A stretch of DNA of 64,000 bases from Felis catus. Lineage: Eukaryota. The stretch is from contig NC_058368.1 of the NCBI RefSeq assembly GCF_018350175.1, positions 191,520,001-191,584,000 of the forward strand, in the 5' to 3' direction. The notes beneath the pieces were generated by a model. That model was not told the origin of the DNA. It saw only the letters and a program-made list of their open reading frames with translations, and ran no database searches. This document shows, in pieces, positions 1-12,818 of this stretch. Numbering within the stretch: position 1 is the stretch's first letter; each line of letters opens with the position of its first letter. The translations under genes were made by a program, and so were the position numbers.

Positions 1-197
1 ACGGTAATATTTACCTTCCTCACTGTTTTATTGAAGAGATTATGAGCTAATGTATGATGCGCTGAACAGAAGCATACCTAACAGGCATGAATAAATATTG
101 CTATTTTCATAATTATCAAAAGTAATCTTTAAAGACAGAAGAGACCAAGCGGTCAATCCAACTCCAACCCTATCTTCTGTCTTAACTCTCTGACTTA

Positions 198-413
198 TTT
201 TTTTAATGTTTATTTATTTTTGAGGGAGCGAGAGACAGAACAGGAGTGGGGTAGGGGCAGAGAGAGAGAGAGGAGAGAGAGACAGAATCGAAGCAGGCTC
301 CAGGCTCTGAGCTGTCAGCTCAGAGCCCGACATGGGGCTCAAACCCACGAACCGTGAGATCATGACCTGAGCTGAAATCGGACGCTTAACCGGATGAGCC
401 ACCGAGGCGCCCC
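198..413 (-). mobile_element. SINEC_Fc-type Can-SINE
   Basis: Reverse complement of the GGGGCGCC...GGTGGCTCA tRNA-like head, CT-rich linker and A-tail. Confidence 0.95.
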
Positions 414-542
414 TTTCCTTATCCTCTTTACAATATTCTTGCCAAGGATTGCTCAGTCTCTAATTAACATCATTTAATGACCATGAACTTACTGCTTCTT
501 GAGGCAATTCTTTCCATGGCAGATGACTCTAACATAAAATCA

Positions 543-943
543 CAATGTTTCTCCATGAGACACTCACTATTAGCACATGGATGTGGCATTTTTTTTTTAT
601 GATACTGTGCTGTCCCATGTATTACAGGACATGGAGCATCTCCAGCCCTCTAGATACCGGTAGCTTGTGCACATGCGTGTGCACACACACACACAAAATC
701 ACTGTAGAAACAACAAGATGTCTTTTTTTTTTACTGTACAATCTAGGTATTTTATTTATTTTATTATTTTTCATATGAAATTTATTGTCAAATTGGTTTC
801 CATACAACCCCCAGTGCTCATCCCAACAGGTGCCCTCCTCAATGCCCATCACCCACTTTCCCCTCCCCCAACAACAAAATGTCCTTATATGTTTCCCATG
901 TTCCCTATAAAGGCAGTAGTACTATCAGCTGCTAAAAACTATT
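543..943 (-). mobile_element. MER20-like hAT-Charlie DNA transposon fossil, interrupted by an L1 3' fragment
   Basis: Segments GCTGTCCCATGTATTACAGGAC, CTAGATACCGGTAGC and ACAACAAAATGTC follow the order of the MER20 reverse consensus as I recall it. Confidence 0.6.
723..869 (-). mobile_element. Extremely 5'-truncated felid L1 3' end with a short 3' transduction
   Basis: AAATTTATTGTCAAATTGGTTTCCATACAAC..CCCAGTGCTCATCCC matches the L1 end at 31360; TSD AACAACAA(G/A)ATGTC at 709-722 and 870-883. Confidence 0.9.
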
Positions 944-1036
944 TCCATGGCTAAAATCTCCCTCCTAGATGTAAGCTTGAAAAAAATAAACAGGAATGCT
1001 CAGAGAGGACTGGTATTTCAGGAGTTCCATGAGCTA

Positions 1037-1523
1037 TATGGTAGACTTTGCCTGCTAGCTCCCAGATCCATTTCCCCTCCTTCTCCTGCTCTGCATCTCA
1101 AGGAATGACATCCCCAGAGCTCTTTGGCCAACTGCCTTCTAGGTGGGTTCATCCAATGAAAGGTACTGTCATGCGGGAAAAGGAGACAAGTCAGAGTGTT
1201 TTCTTACTCTGCCTCGTGTAGTGTCCCTTCTCTGGAAGGCACCAGTACTCCTGGATCCAAGAGCCCTTCTCTCCATAGGCCAAATTCCTGCAAGGGTAGC
1301 CCTGCCCATGTTCCTGCCCCTGTGAACTCTGGCCTTGGGGCTTTGATAATACTCCCTCCTCTGGTCTCTTCAAGCCTCTTCTTACTCTCTACATGGCCTC
1401 ATGCCCCTGGTTTCTCTCTCAACTTTTCTGTCACCTATGTAATGAATTTTCTGCACCATTAAATCCCTTCTGTTGAAATACACTGAGGAGTTTCTGTTTT
1501 CCTGATTGGACACTGACAGACAC
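1037..1523 (+). mobile_element. Old ERVL-type solo LTR (LTR33/LTR16-like)
   Basis: Ends ATTAAATCCCTTCTGTTGAAATAC..GTTTCTGTTTTCCTGATTGGACACTGACAGACACA, typical of the 3' ends of these LTRs. Confidence 0.65.
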
Positions 1524-1651
1524 AAAGATAGGAATGATGTCTTTTTTCCTATTTTTACCTTGGATGAATGACTGAAAAGAGTAGTTAGAGGAACAGATTA
1601 TTTCTGACATTTTTTTTTTCATTGCTTGTGGAGAAGTAATATAGTGACTCT

Positions 1652-1881
1652 TGTTTTTTGTTTTGTTTTTTTTTTTTAATGTCTGTTTTTTAAGAGAGAG
1701 AAAGAGAGACAGAGTATGAGCAGGGGTGGGGCAGAGAGAGAGGGAGACACATAATCTGAAGCAGGCTCCAGGCTCTGAGCTGTCAGCACAGAGCCCAAAG
1801 CAGTACTCGAACCTATGAACAGTGAGATCATGACCTGAGCCGAAGTCAGATGCCTAACCAACCAAGCCACCCAGGTGCCTC
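1652..1881 (-). mobile_element. SINEC_Fc-type Can-SINE
   Basis: Full body; TSD TAAT(A/G)TAGTGACTCT. Confidence 0.95.
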
Positions 1882-2277
1882 ATAATGTAGTGACTCTAAA
1901 GGAAACATGAATTTTGTGATGTTTTATCTCCTAGGGATATAAGTGTAGAAGAAACTGTCAAAGCTGAAACTACTTTTCTCCTCATGGACATGCTTTCCTT
2001 CGTGGAAAAATTCACCATTTCCCCAAAGGAGACTGATTCCTCAGACAGGAAATCTCTGTGAGTAGTAGATGGAGGCTGGACTTCAAAGAGACAGCATATG
2101 GGCATATTTCTTTCCCCCACTTTCACTCCAACTCTAGAAATACAGGAGAAAGAAAAAGGAGACTGATTCCAAAGTGTGACCAAAATCCACCCCAATTAGT
2201 GCTAAAAAATGCTCCAACTTCTGACTGAAATACCTTAGATACAAGACTAACGGCCCTAATTTAAAGTGTAGAAGCTA

Positions 2278-2524
2278 GGGTGTCTGAGTGGCTCAGTCGG
2301 TTGAGCATCCCACTTTCGTTCAGGTCATGATCTCATAGTTTGTGAGTTCGAGCCCCGCATCCAGCTCTGTGCCGATAGCTCAGAGCCTGGAGCCTGCTTC
2401 AGATTGTGTGTCCCTCTCTCTGCTTTTCCCCTGCTTGTGCTCGCTCGCTCTCTCTCTCTCTCTCAATAATAAATAAACATTAAAAAAAGATTTTTAATAA
2501 ATAAAATAAATAGTAAATAAAAAT
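2278..2524 (+). mobile_element. SINEC_Fc-type Can-SINE
   Basis: Full body; TSD TAAAGTGTAGAAGCT. Confidence 0.95.
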
Positions 2525-2739
2525 AAAGTGTAGAAGCTGTAAAAACACATACAAATAAAAAATAAATGAATAAAAATATCCAGAAGTTATCTAAATTATT
2601 GATACATGAACATATTTATTTGGCCAGGAGAGCAAGAAGTTGTCTTTCTGAATCTGCTTATTTCCCAACCCATCTTTCCATTATCATTTTCTATGTATAC
2701 TTGGTCAGTTACAATGATAAGTGCCTTAGGAATCCTCTA

Positions 2740-3250
2740 GTTCTTAGGAACAGATACTCACCCAAACTAACTGAATGACACAGAAAATGGGCAGAATTTG
2801 TTACTAATCTAGAAGCAAACTCATGAGTTCCAAGGAGGAAAAACTTCAGGCAAGCCTATGGAGGAAGAATAAAGCCAAGAACTAGAAAATCATCAGGAAC
2901 CAAGGAAATATTCTTCCTATGTCATTCTCTCTCCATCTACGATTTATCTGCTCTCATCTGCGTGCCAGTGGACTCTCTGGCTTCTCTTTACGTATGGCTG
3001 AGATGGCTGGCCACCCCACACTGCTATCCTCAGCATCCAAGTTAGCCTGTCCTTGGTTCAGGTGGCCCTGATGGGACTAAGGATTCTCTAAATCCCCAAT
3101 TCAAGGCAAATCACTTTCATCTGACCCAGCGTGGGTCCAAGGTCAGCAGACTCCCTCAGCCACTCCTGGGGAAACAAGGTCATTTAGTATGAGTAGGACT
3201 GCTAGACTAGCCCTGTTGGCAAAGCAGTTCTAAGAGACAAGGTTGAGGGG
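2740..3250. mobile_element. Highly degraded LTR (MaLR/ERVL-like)
   Basis: Loose resemblance to old MLT1-type LTRs (GGAACAGATACTCACCCAAACTAAC; CTGACCCAGCGTGGGTCCAAGGTC). Confidence 0.35.
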
Positions 3251-4540
3251 AAGAAGAGAGGAATGGGATAGGTAGGCACCCCTTAAGCATACCAACCCCA
3301 AAAACAATACAAAAGGGCATTATTATAATTATTGTGATTTTTTTCAGAAAAGAAACAGGCACAGAGGGGTTAAATCACTTGTCCAATATCTCACAGTTGA
3401 TTAATGTCTGAGCCACTCCAGACTCCAGAATTCTTTCTCCTCAATTCTAAGTTAACACCTATATCATAGAATCTGTAGCAGGCAAAATATGGAAAGTGAG
3501 AGCCTACTGCTACCACTACCACCACTATTACTTATTATTTTTATACCAAAGTGACATAAAAGCATAAATAACCATAATTCTAAAGGAAGTATTCCAAAAT
3601 CATCACCTACACTATTTGTCTACCTCCATCAGCTCAGCCATCTGCCTCTCTAAAGTCAGCAGCTGCTATGAGATGTTTAGTAGGACTCAGAATCTAGTGA
3701 AATACCTGTGGCGAGAACTTGAAACAAATTCTGTGCGAGCGCCAGAGAGCCTCAGAGCCCTAAATAAAGCATGGTAATGCCACGTCTACAGAGCTCAGCA
3801 GAGTAGGGTAAGGGAAGTTCAACTTCATCCATTTTGAGAATACGGTCTCCCCGAGCCTTCAATGTCCAGGAGGGAACTGAATGAACATAATACATCTCCC
3901 CTACTCCCATGGTTTAGAGTGTGGAGGGAGATCAGATCAGAAAGTGACTTTCTACTGTGCTTAACTACTGTGGTAAAAGGAATTTAACAGTCCTAAGCCC
4001 CTTACCCACAAGGCAAGAAATCTCTTTTTCCCGCCCCCACCAAATACAGGATATCTACAGGTAAGAATATCCTCACAACTAAACTTGAGTCCCAGGGAGT
4101 CAACAGAGGAAAATACCTTACCTTCTTGGGAGGCCAAGCAAGCAAAGAAGTGGGCCAGGTAAACGTGCACTCCTGGAAGAGAGGGGTGCACCCGAATGTA
4201 AAATAATAAAGGTTCCAGAGAGATTCGAGTGCAAACCTTAACAGACCTTCTGGAGCTTAAAGATATGATTTTGAACGATAAAATTCAGTAAAAGAATTAA
4301 AAATGAGAATAGGTTGACTCCTGAGATAATAATCAGTGGCCCAAAAGATTGAATATAGGAAATATCTCTCAAGGCACAAAACAAAAAGAAAAAACAAGGA
4401 AATCACAAAGGAAAAGACTAAGAAACTAAGATGACAGATGCAACAGAATACAAATGGAGAAAAAGAAACAAATGGCATAAAGGCAATAATAGTGATTAAT
4501 GCCTAGAAACCAATACTAGGAAAAACAATACAAAGACAAA

Positions 4541-4753
4541 GAGGCGCCTGGGTGGCCCAGTTAGGCATCTGACTTCCGCTCAGGTCATGATAGGGTAATG
4601 ATATCAAGGCTTGTGAGTCCTAGCCCTGTGTCAGGCTCTGTGCCGACAGCTCTGAGCCTGAAGCCTGCTTTAGATTCTGTCTCTCTCTCTGCCCCTCCCC
4701 TGCTCGTGCTCTGTCTCTCTCTCACAAATAAATAAACATTAAAAGAAATTTTT
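4541..4753 (+). mobile_element. SINEC_Fc-type Can-SINE
   Basis: Full body; TSD AACAATACAAAGACAAA. Confidence 0.95.
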
Positions 4754-5356
4754 AACAATACAAAGACAAAAACAAAAAGTACTTCCCTGAACTGGGCAAA
4801 GATCTGAATCTGAAACTGAAAGGGCTTGTGAGTTCCAGGCTGTGCTGATCGGAGGAAAAAAAAAAAAAATCCCAGTCTTATTTTGATACAATGTATGAAG
4901 TTTTAGGATTAAAACAAATGGTTAAACTGTCAGACAAAAAAAAAAAAAAAGTCTACCTAAAAAGAAAACAAAACACAGACAGGCATCAGACTTTTCATCT
5001 GCAGTATTAGAAGCTAAAGCACCTATAGACCACATTCATAAAAGGTCTGCAACTCAAGAACTTTCTGCCAACCAAGATATAATTCACCAATCGGAGTGGA
5101 AGAAAGAACATCTAGGGCTTGCCGTAACTGAGAAAGTATATCATATGCATGCCTGATCTGAAATACCTGAAAAAAAGTATCCTAAACAAACAAATGAGCC
5201 CAAGCTGAGTTTAAAAAAATATATAGAAGGGAGGATACACTAAAGCAGATACACCAGTGAGCACTGAATTGTAATTCGGTGGGCACGTGTAATATGAGTA
5301 CCAGGGAGGGATATTTGAAACACAACAGACACTTAGAGATACATTTTCTTAAACTC

Positions 5357-5358
<2 letters not shown>

Positions 5359-5387
<29 letters not shown>

Positions 5388-5394
5388 AGGGGGG
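5359..5394 (+). repeat. Poly-G tract G29-A-G6
   Basis: Read directly from the sequence. Confidence 0.95.
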
Positions 5395-7585
5395 CAGAAT
5401 TAAAAAGAAGCAGGAGGTAGAAATAAGAAGATAAAAACATTTGGAAATCATTATACTGCATGCATTGAAGGCATACATGTTGCATATATGGAAGAAGATG
5501 TGGAAATAAACATTATTATCCTTTGTGGGAAGTAACAGGGAAGTAGAAAGGGAGCAAAATTATGGTGATAATGAAGAAAAAAAATGTACTATGGGTGGGA
5601 CTGTATTTTGCTACCGAGGAATAGCAATCATCTATGTGTGAACCAGCAAAAAGGGGACTTGTAATTATTATCGGATGAAAGTTGAACCTCCATGTCAATA
5701 AGACAATTGTTCAAATCTCAATTTGAATCCTTTTAGTGTAAAATGCATATCAAACAGATATGTGAATCATGGACTGCTTTAATATATCTTTAAAAGGTAC
5801 ATGGACAGATATTTGGCCAAAGAGAGAGGCTTGTGTCCCTTGAACAGCGATGAGATACAGACTGTAGTGATGAATTGTCCAGTGAATATGTCCTGAATAT
5901 ATTGTTGCATGTAAAGTAACATCTAAAACTCACTCAGGAATTACCTAGAAAACAAAGAAAAGGACAAACTAATGTTTACATACATGCATGCATTTCTTCC
6001 CTAGGTTTCCTCTACAGATCATTTAATATGGATCTGGAATGAACATCTGTATCACATGCATGTCACTGCAATGACTTAGGAACTATGGTGAAACCGACTG
6101 TTTTCCCCTAGAAATCCCCCAGGAAAAGGGCAGAGCCAAAATCGTCTCATTTCCTTAGCTTTAAATGTACTCCTCTGAAAACATCCCTCACACAGATGTT
6201 TTTGGCATCTCTGTGTCTATCACCTCCTACAGACAGAGGCTGAGATCATTCATGAAAACAGTGCCTCCATGACATGTGTCATTAGAAAAGAAAATGTGTC
6301 TAAGGAAAGCACGTTAGTAATGTGCATTCTGATTATGGAAGAGACTCTAGTGTAACCTGGTAAAATGAGTCAAAACACACACAATTACTACTGTTTAAAA
6401 AGACTGATAGTAAAATTTGTGCAATTTTTTTCCATGGAAATAGTGTGAAAGACGGTACTGGTTGGATGTAAATCTATTGTCCTGAAGTTGGAAAAAGTAT
6501 TGTTAAATAGTCTATGAAATATTTTTGGTTTGAGGTATCATTAAGGAGAATGCATAACCACGTGGTTCTGGTATGTTTGGAAATCTTTTGTGTCACGTAG
6601 TTCAAAATAAAATATCTGAAATCAGGGAACATTAGTCAGTTATAACAGGTGGCCAACAGCAAGTTACTTGGAAACACTGGCATAATAAAAATGAAGAGAC
6701 TCAATAGTTTTGACATTCTTATGACAACAAAAGAAAAAGAATTGTGTATGGGAGTATGGGGGGGGCGGTATATGGGCAGAGAAAAATGTCTTAGAACATA
6801 CAGAGAAGGGCTTAAGTCAGAGCAGGTGCCTTGAGATTGTGACCTAGAGAATGTGTTACCTCTGGTGCCTGCTTGTTTTCCCAAAGGCTTAGTAACAACC
6901 GGGTAAATAAACCCAGAGTTTGTGAACTCACACAGTCACGCAAGGCCCACTTGTCAGCATCCCTGTACAGAGGGAATCAGTGGTATCACTCACTCCTGGG
7001 ATAACTTTCACTGGGTGCTAAAAATTGTGGCAAGTCAATGCCTAAAAAATCTCTACGTCTTGCCACTTGCCTTTCTCAATAGGGTAGAAAGGAAAGACAA
7101 CTCAGATTTCATCAGATTTGCCAGGAGTCTTTAAGATTTTCAAGCCCAAAGCCTTCATTGGACAGATGAAGAAACAATTTAGCTGTGAGATATTAGCTTA
7201 TTTGTCTAAGGTCACAAGCAGTTTGCAACAAAATTTTTACCTAGGTCTTCTAAATCCCAAACCAATGTACTTTGCACTGTTAGACATTTATCATCAAAAG
7301 ATCTTTAAATCATAAAACTCAGTGGAAGTACAGCTCTGTACTGCTGACCACTTCCAATAACAATTATATTGGCCTCTTTTTGAAGATGATAGACACTTAC
7401 AAATCAGTCTTGAGTAGTATGATTATGCATTTCCAATACATATACGGAATATTTTTTATTATTCTAATAAAGATTGTTATAAGGACTGAAACGCCTCTTG
7501 AATTATTTTATAACATACTATAATACCCAGGTTTCTGACTTTATTAAACTTCTTGTAATCTTCGCATTAAAGAATCATGAAATAA

Positions 7586-7789
7586 GGGGCGCCTGGGTGG
7601 CTCAGTTGGTTGAGTGTCCGACTTCGGCTCAGGTCATGATCTCGCGGTTTGTGGGTGCGAGCCCCACGCCGGGCTCTGTGCTGACGGCTCGGAGCCTGGA
7701 GCCTGCTTCCAATTCTGTGTCTCCTTCTCTCTCTGACCCTCCCCCACTTGTGCTCTGTCTCTATCAAAGATAAATAAACGTAAAAAAAA
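7586..7789 (+). mobile_element. SINEC_Fc-type Can-SINE
   Basis: Full body; TSD AAAGAATCATGAAATAA. Confidence 0.95.
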
Positions 7790-8029
7790 GAATCATGAAA
7801 TAAAAATAACCTTCTTTTCCTTTTATCTAGAAAAGATTATGAATATTCATCAGTTCTGTTCTATTTGTTCATTTGTGGGGAGGTTTTTTGGTTCCACATA
7901 TAAGTGAAATCACATGGCATTTTTTTCCATCTGAGTTCTTTCACTTATTGTAATACCATCAAGGCCCATCCATGTTGTTGCAAATAGCAAGATTTCCTTC
8001 TTTTTATGGTTAATACATACATATAAACA

Positions 8030-8072
8030 TGTGCATGTGTATATATAAATGCTATGCATGTGTGTGTATGTA

Positions 8073-8134
<62 letters not shown>
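8030..8134. repeat. (TG)n/(TA)n compound microsatellite in the L1 3'UTR
   Basis: Read directly from the sequence. Confidence 0.9.
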
Positions 8135-8135
<1 letters not shown>

Positions 8136-10781
8136 CTCACATCTTCTTTATCCATTCATCCATCAGTGAACGTTTAGGTTCTCTTCATATCTTGGCTATT
8201 ATAAACAATGCTGCTATGAACATAAGAGTGCATATATCTTTTTAAATTAGTACTGATATATTCTTTGGATAAATACTCAGCAGTGGAATAGCAATGTTTT
8301 TCATTATTTTAGCCCTCCACAATTTATTTAGCCCTCCACAATTATTTTAGCTACACCAATTTACATTCCCACCAAAAATGTCTAAGAGTTTTCTTTTCTC
8401 CACATCCTCTCCAACACTTGTTTTTTGTTTGTTTGTTTGTTTTTGAGAATAGCCATTCTAACAGGTGTGAAGTGATATCTCATTGTGGTTTTGATTTGCA
8501 TGTACCTGATATTTAGTGATGTTGAACATCTTTTCTTGTGCCTATTGAATCTATACCTTCTTTGCGGAAATGTTTACTCAGGTCCTCTGCCTATTTAATT
8601 GGATTGTTTGTTTTTTGTTGTTGTTGAGGTGCAGGAGTTTTTTTATATATTTTGGATATTAACCCTTTATCAGATACATGATTTACATAAATCTCCCATT
8701 CAGGATTGTTCTTTCATTTGGTTGATGCTTTCTTCACTATGTAGAGGCTTTTTAATTTGATATAGTCTCTTGTTTATTTGTGTTTCTCTTGCCTTTGAAG
8801 TCAGATCCAAAAAAATACCACTAAGACCAATGTCAAGAAGCTTACTCCCTATATTTTCTTCTAGGAGTATTATGACTTCAGGTCTGACATGCCAATCTTT
8901 AATTCATTTTGAGTTAATTTTGAGTTACTGAAGACTGTTTTTCCCCAATGTATATTCCTGACTCTTTTGTCATAAATCGATTGACCATAAATGTCTGGGT
9001 TTATTTCTGGGCTCTCCAGTCTGTTCCATGGATGTATGGGTCTGTTTTTATGCCAATACCACACTTTTTTGATGACTAGCTCTTAGTAGTATTCTTTGAA
9101 ATCAGAAAGAGTGATGCCTCTAGTTTTGTTCTTTCTCAAGATCACTTTTGTGATCCAGGGTCTTTTGTGGTTCCATATAATTACTAGAATTATCTGTTCT
9201 AGTTCTGTGAAAAACGCCTTTGGGATTTTAATAGGGACCGCATTGAATGTGTAGATTGCTTTGAGCAGTGTGAGCATTTTAACAATGTTAATTCTTCTAA
9301 CCCAGGAGAATGGAATATCATTCACTTTATTTGTGTCTTCTTTACCAGGGTCTTGTAGTTTTCAATTTACAGATATTTCACCTCATTCATTGAATTTATT
9401 CATAGGTATTCTATTCTTTTTTATGCAATTGTAATTTGGATTGTTTTCTTAATTTCTGATAGTTCATTATTAGTTTACAGAAATGCAAGAGAGTTCTGTA
9501 AACTGATTTTGTATCCTACAACTTTACTGAAAAAAAATGCTTTTGCTCATCTCATAGATTTTAGACTTTTGTATTTCCATTTTCAAGTCTTTTTGTGTGT
9601 CAGGGGGGTTGATTTATCTTTTGATTTCTTCATTGACCCATCGGTTTCTCAGTAGCATGTTGTTTAATTTCTACATATTTTTTATTTTTCCAGTTTTATT
9701 CCCAAAATTGATTTCTAGTTTCATATAATTGTGATTGGAAAAGATGCTAGATAGGATTTCAATCTTCTTAAATTTACTGAGACTTGTTTTATGGCCTAAC
9801 ATGATCTATCCTTGAGAATGTTCCATGTGCACTAGAGAAGAATATGTATTTTCTGCTGCTTTTGGATAGAATGTTCTATCTATATCTATTAAATACATTT
9901 GGTCTAATGTGCAATTTAAGCCCAATGTTCCCTTATTGATTTTCTGTCTAGATGATCCATCCATATCCATTGATGTACAAGGGGTATTAAGTTCTCCTAC
10001 TACTATTGTATTGTTCTCAATTTCTTCCTTTAGCTCTGTTAATATTTGCTTTATATATTTAGGTGCTTTTATGTTGGGTGCATAAATATACATAATTGTT
10101 TATATACTTTTATTGTATCCTTTTGTTATATTCTCTTTATCATTATGTAATGTTCTTCATTGTCTTTTATTAGAGTCTCTGCTTTAAGGTCTATTTTGTC
10201 TGATGTAAGTATAACTACACCAGCTTTCTTTTTGATTCCTCATTTGCATGGAGTATCTTTTTCCATCCCTTTACTGTCACTCTTAGTGTGTCCTCAGTTC
10301 TGAAGTGAGTCTCTTTAAGACACCATATAAGTGAGTTGCATTTTTTTTTATCCATTCAGTCACTCTACGTCTTTTGGAGAACTTAGTCCATTTACATTTA
10401 AAGTAACTATTGAGAGATATGCCATTATTGCCATTTTCTTGATTGTTTTCTGCTTATTTTCAATAGTTCCTCTCTGTTCCTTTCTTCTTCTCTTGATCAC
10501 TTCCCTTCTGGTTTGGTAATTTTCTTCAGTGTTATGTTCATGTTCCTCTATAGATTTTTGCTTGTGGTTACCATGGGATTCATATATAATATTGTATATA
10601 CAGAAGTCTATTTTAAGTTGATAGTAACTTACATTTGAGCACATTCTAAACACTCTACATATTTATTCCCCCTGAAAATGTTGTGGTTTTGATGTCATAT
10701 TTTACATCTTTTTATTTTTTGTTTAATTATTTAATTATGTTTTGTTTATTTTAATTACTATGTTATTGTTAACTTTACTAA

Positions 10782-10992
10782 TTTTTTTAAAATTTTTTAA
10801 TGTTTATTTTTAAGAGAGAGACAGAGCATGAGCAAGGGAGGGGCAGAGACAGAGGGAGACACAGAATCCTTAGCAGGATACAGGCTCTGAGCTGTCAGCA
10901 CAGAGCCTGATGTGGGGCTCGAACTCATGAACCATGAGATCATGACCTGAGCTGAAGTCAAGCATTTAACCAACTGAGCCACCCAGGCACCC
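10782..10992 (-). mobile_element. SINEC_Fc-type Can-SINE nested in L1
   Basis: Full body; TSD TAACTTTACTA. Confidence 0.95.
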
Positions 10993-12005
10993 TAACTTTA
11001 CTACTTTTATTTTAACCTTCATATTAGCTTTATAAGTGAATAATATACTACCTTAACTACATATTTGCATTTATAGTAAGATTTTTATTTGTACATATTT
11101 TCTTGTTACTAGCCAGTGCCATTTCTTTTCAGCTTAATGAAGTCACTTTAACATTTCTTGAGGGCTGGTTTAGTGGTGATAAACTTCTTTACTTTTGCTT
11201 GACTGGAAAACTTTTTATCTCTTCTTTAATTCTGAATGATAACCTTGCTGAGTATAGTATTCTTGGGCTTTTTCCTCTCAGCACTTTCAGTATATCATAC
11301 CTTTCCCTTATGCCTGCACAATTTCTGCTGAAAAATCAACTGATAGCCATATGGCAATTCCCTTGTACATAACAAGTTGTCTCTCTCCTTCTGCTTTTAA
11401 TACTCTTGGTTTAAATTTTAACATTTAAGTATAATATGTCTTGATGTGGATCTCTTTGAGTTCATGTTATTTACAATTGTCTGTGCTTCCTGGATCTGGA
11501 TGTCTGTTTTCCTACCTGGGTTAGAAAAGTTTCCAGCCATTATTTCTTCAAACAAGTTTCCTACTCCTTTCTCTTATTTTTTTTTTCTGGCACCCCTATA
11601 ATATAAATGTTATTCTGCTTGATGTCCTACAAGTCCCTTAAACTATCTTCACTTTTTTTTTCTGCTCTGTGTGATTTCTACTGCCCTGTCTTCCAAGTTG
11701 CTAATCCATTCTTCTATTGCATCTCATCTCCTGCGGAAACTCTCTAGTGTATTTTTCAGTTCAATTACTGTATTCTTCAGCTCTGACTTCAGTTTGGTAC
11801 TTTCTCATATGTTCTGTCTCTGTTGAAGTTTTCACTGTGTTCATCCTGTCTTCACTAAAGTTCAGTGAGCATCTTTATGACCATTACTTTGAACTCTTTA
11901 TCAGGTGCATTATTTATCTCCATATCATAAGGTTATTTTCTGAGTTTCTGTCTTTTTCTTTCATTTGGAACATATCACTGTGTCCTCATTTTGAGTGGCT
12001 CTCTG

Positions 12006-12415
12006 TGTGGGAAATCAAATAGCTATGTCCTGGGTTAGGAGATAATAGGGAACTCACTGCAAAGCAGAACATTGCTTTCTGGTCTTGCTTAAAACAGCAG
12101 GCCACGTTTTGCTTAGTTAATGTATATCTAGGGGTTAGGTCCTGCCTATGCTCATAAATTCCTTAGACCATGTTATCGAATGGAATATTTTATCCTGTCT
12201 TGTTTTTCATGCTTTATATACATTCTGTCATGTAGCCCACTGATATATTGTACAATGTTTCCCTGAATGTATGCTCAATAAATATGGGAGCTTGAGAACA
12301 GCTCAGGGAGAGTTCCCTTAGCCTCCCTCTCACCTCTCTTGACTTGCGTGGAGTCTTGAGTAATCCTTTCGGCGGTCCTCAGCTTTTCTGGACAAAGCTG
12401 AAAGCCGAACCCACA
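12006..12415 (+). mobile_element. Solo LTR, class II (ERVK/betaretrovirus-like), nested in L1 ORF1
   Basis: TGTGGG...CCCACA termini; 6-bp TSD TCTCTG (12000-12005, 12416-12421); AATAAA at 12277; L1 sequence resumes on both sides. Confidence 0.85.
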
Positions 12416-12569
12416 TCTCTGTGTTTGTTTCTATGTATTAGGCAAAACAGCTATTTCTCCCAGTCTTGAAGGAGTGGACTTGTGTAGGAGATGGACCTTA
12501 TCATTCAACTTTGCCCTATTCTTGTTGTTTCTCAAACTTTTGTGATTTTCAAAGTAGCCTGATTTCTTC

Positions 12570-12595
12570 TTTTTTTTTAATTTTTAACATTTATT

Positions 12596-12647
<52 letters not shown>

Positions 12648-12818
12648 CACGCACATGAGTAGAGGAGGGGCAGAGAGAGAGGGAGACACAGAATCCAAAG
12701 CAGGCTCCAGGCTCTGAGCTGTCAACAGAGTCCAGAGCAAAGCTCAAATTCACAAACCGCAAAATCATGACCTAAGCCTATGTAAGACATTTAACTGACT
12801 AAGCCACCCAGGTGCCCC
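12570..12818 (-). mobile_element. SINEC_Fc-type Can-SINE nested in L1, with expanded (GA)n
   Basis: Full body; TSD CTGATTT(C/G)TTCTT. Confidence 0.95.

Larger units (their letters stand above)
4200..5500 (+). mobile_element. Ancient L1M/HAL1 ORF1-region fossil
   Basis: A-rich, with ORF1-like motifs (TTCCCTGAACTG..AAAGATCTGAATCTGAAACTGAAAGGGC; GGCATCAGACTTTTCATCTGCAGTATTAGAAGCTA). Confidence 0.6.

Noticed and set aside
2278..2350. tRNA-like A/B boxes at SINE heads
   Set aside because: They belong to tRNA-derived SINEs, not true tRNA genes.
4122..4172. Minus-strand 51-nt exon-like segment (ctctcttccag ... gtaagg)
   Set aside because: No recognisable peptide, adjacent to an L1M/HAL1 fossil, and no other support.
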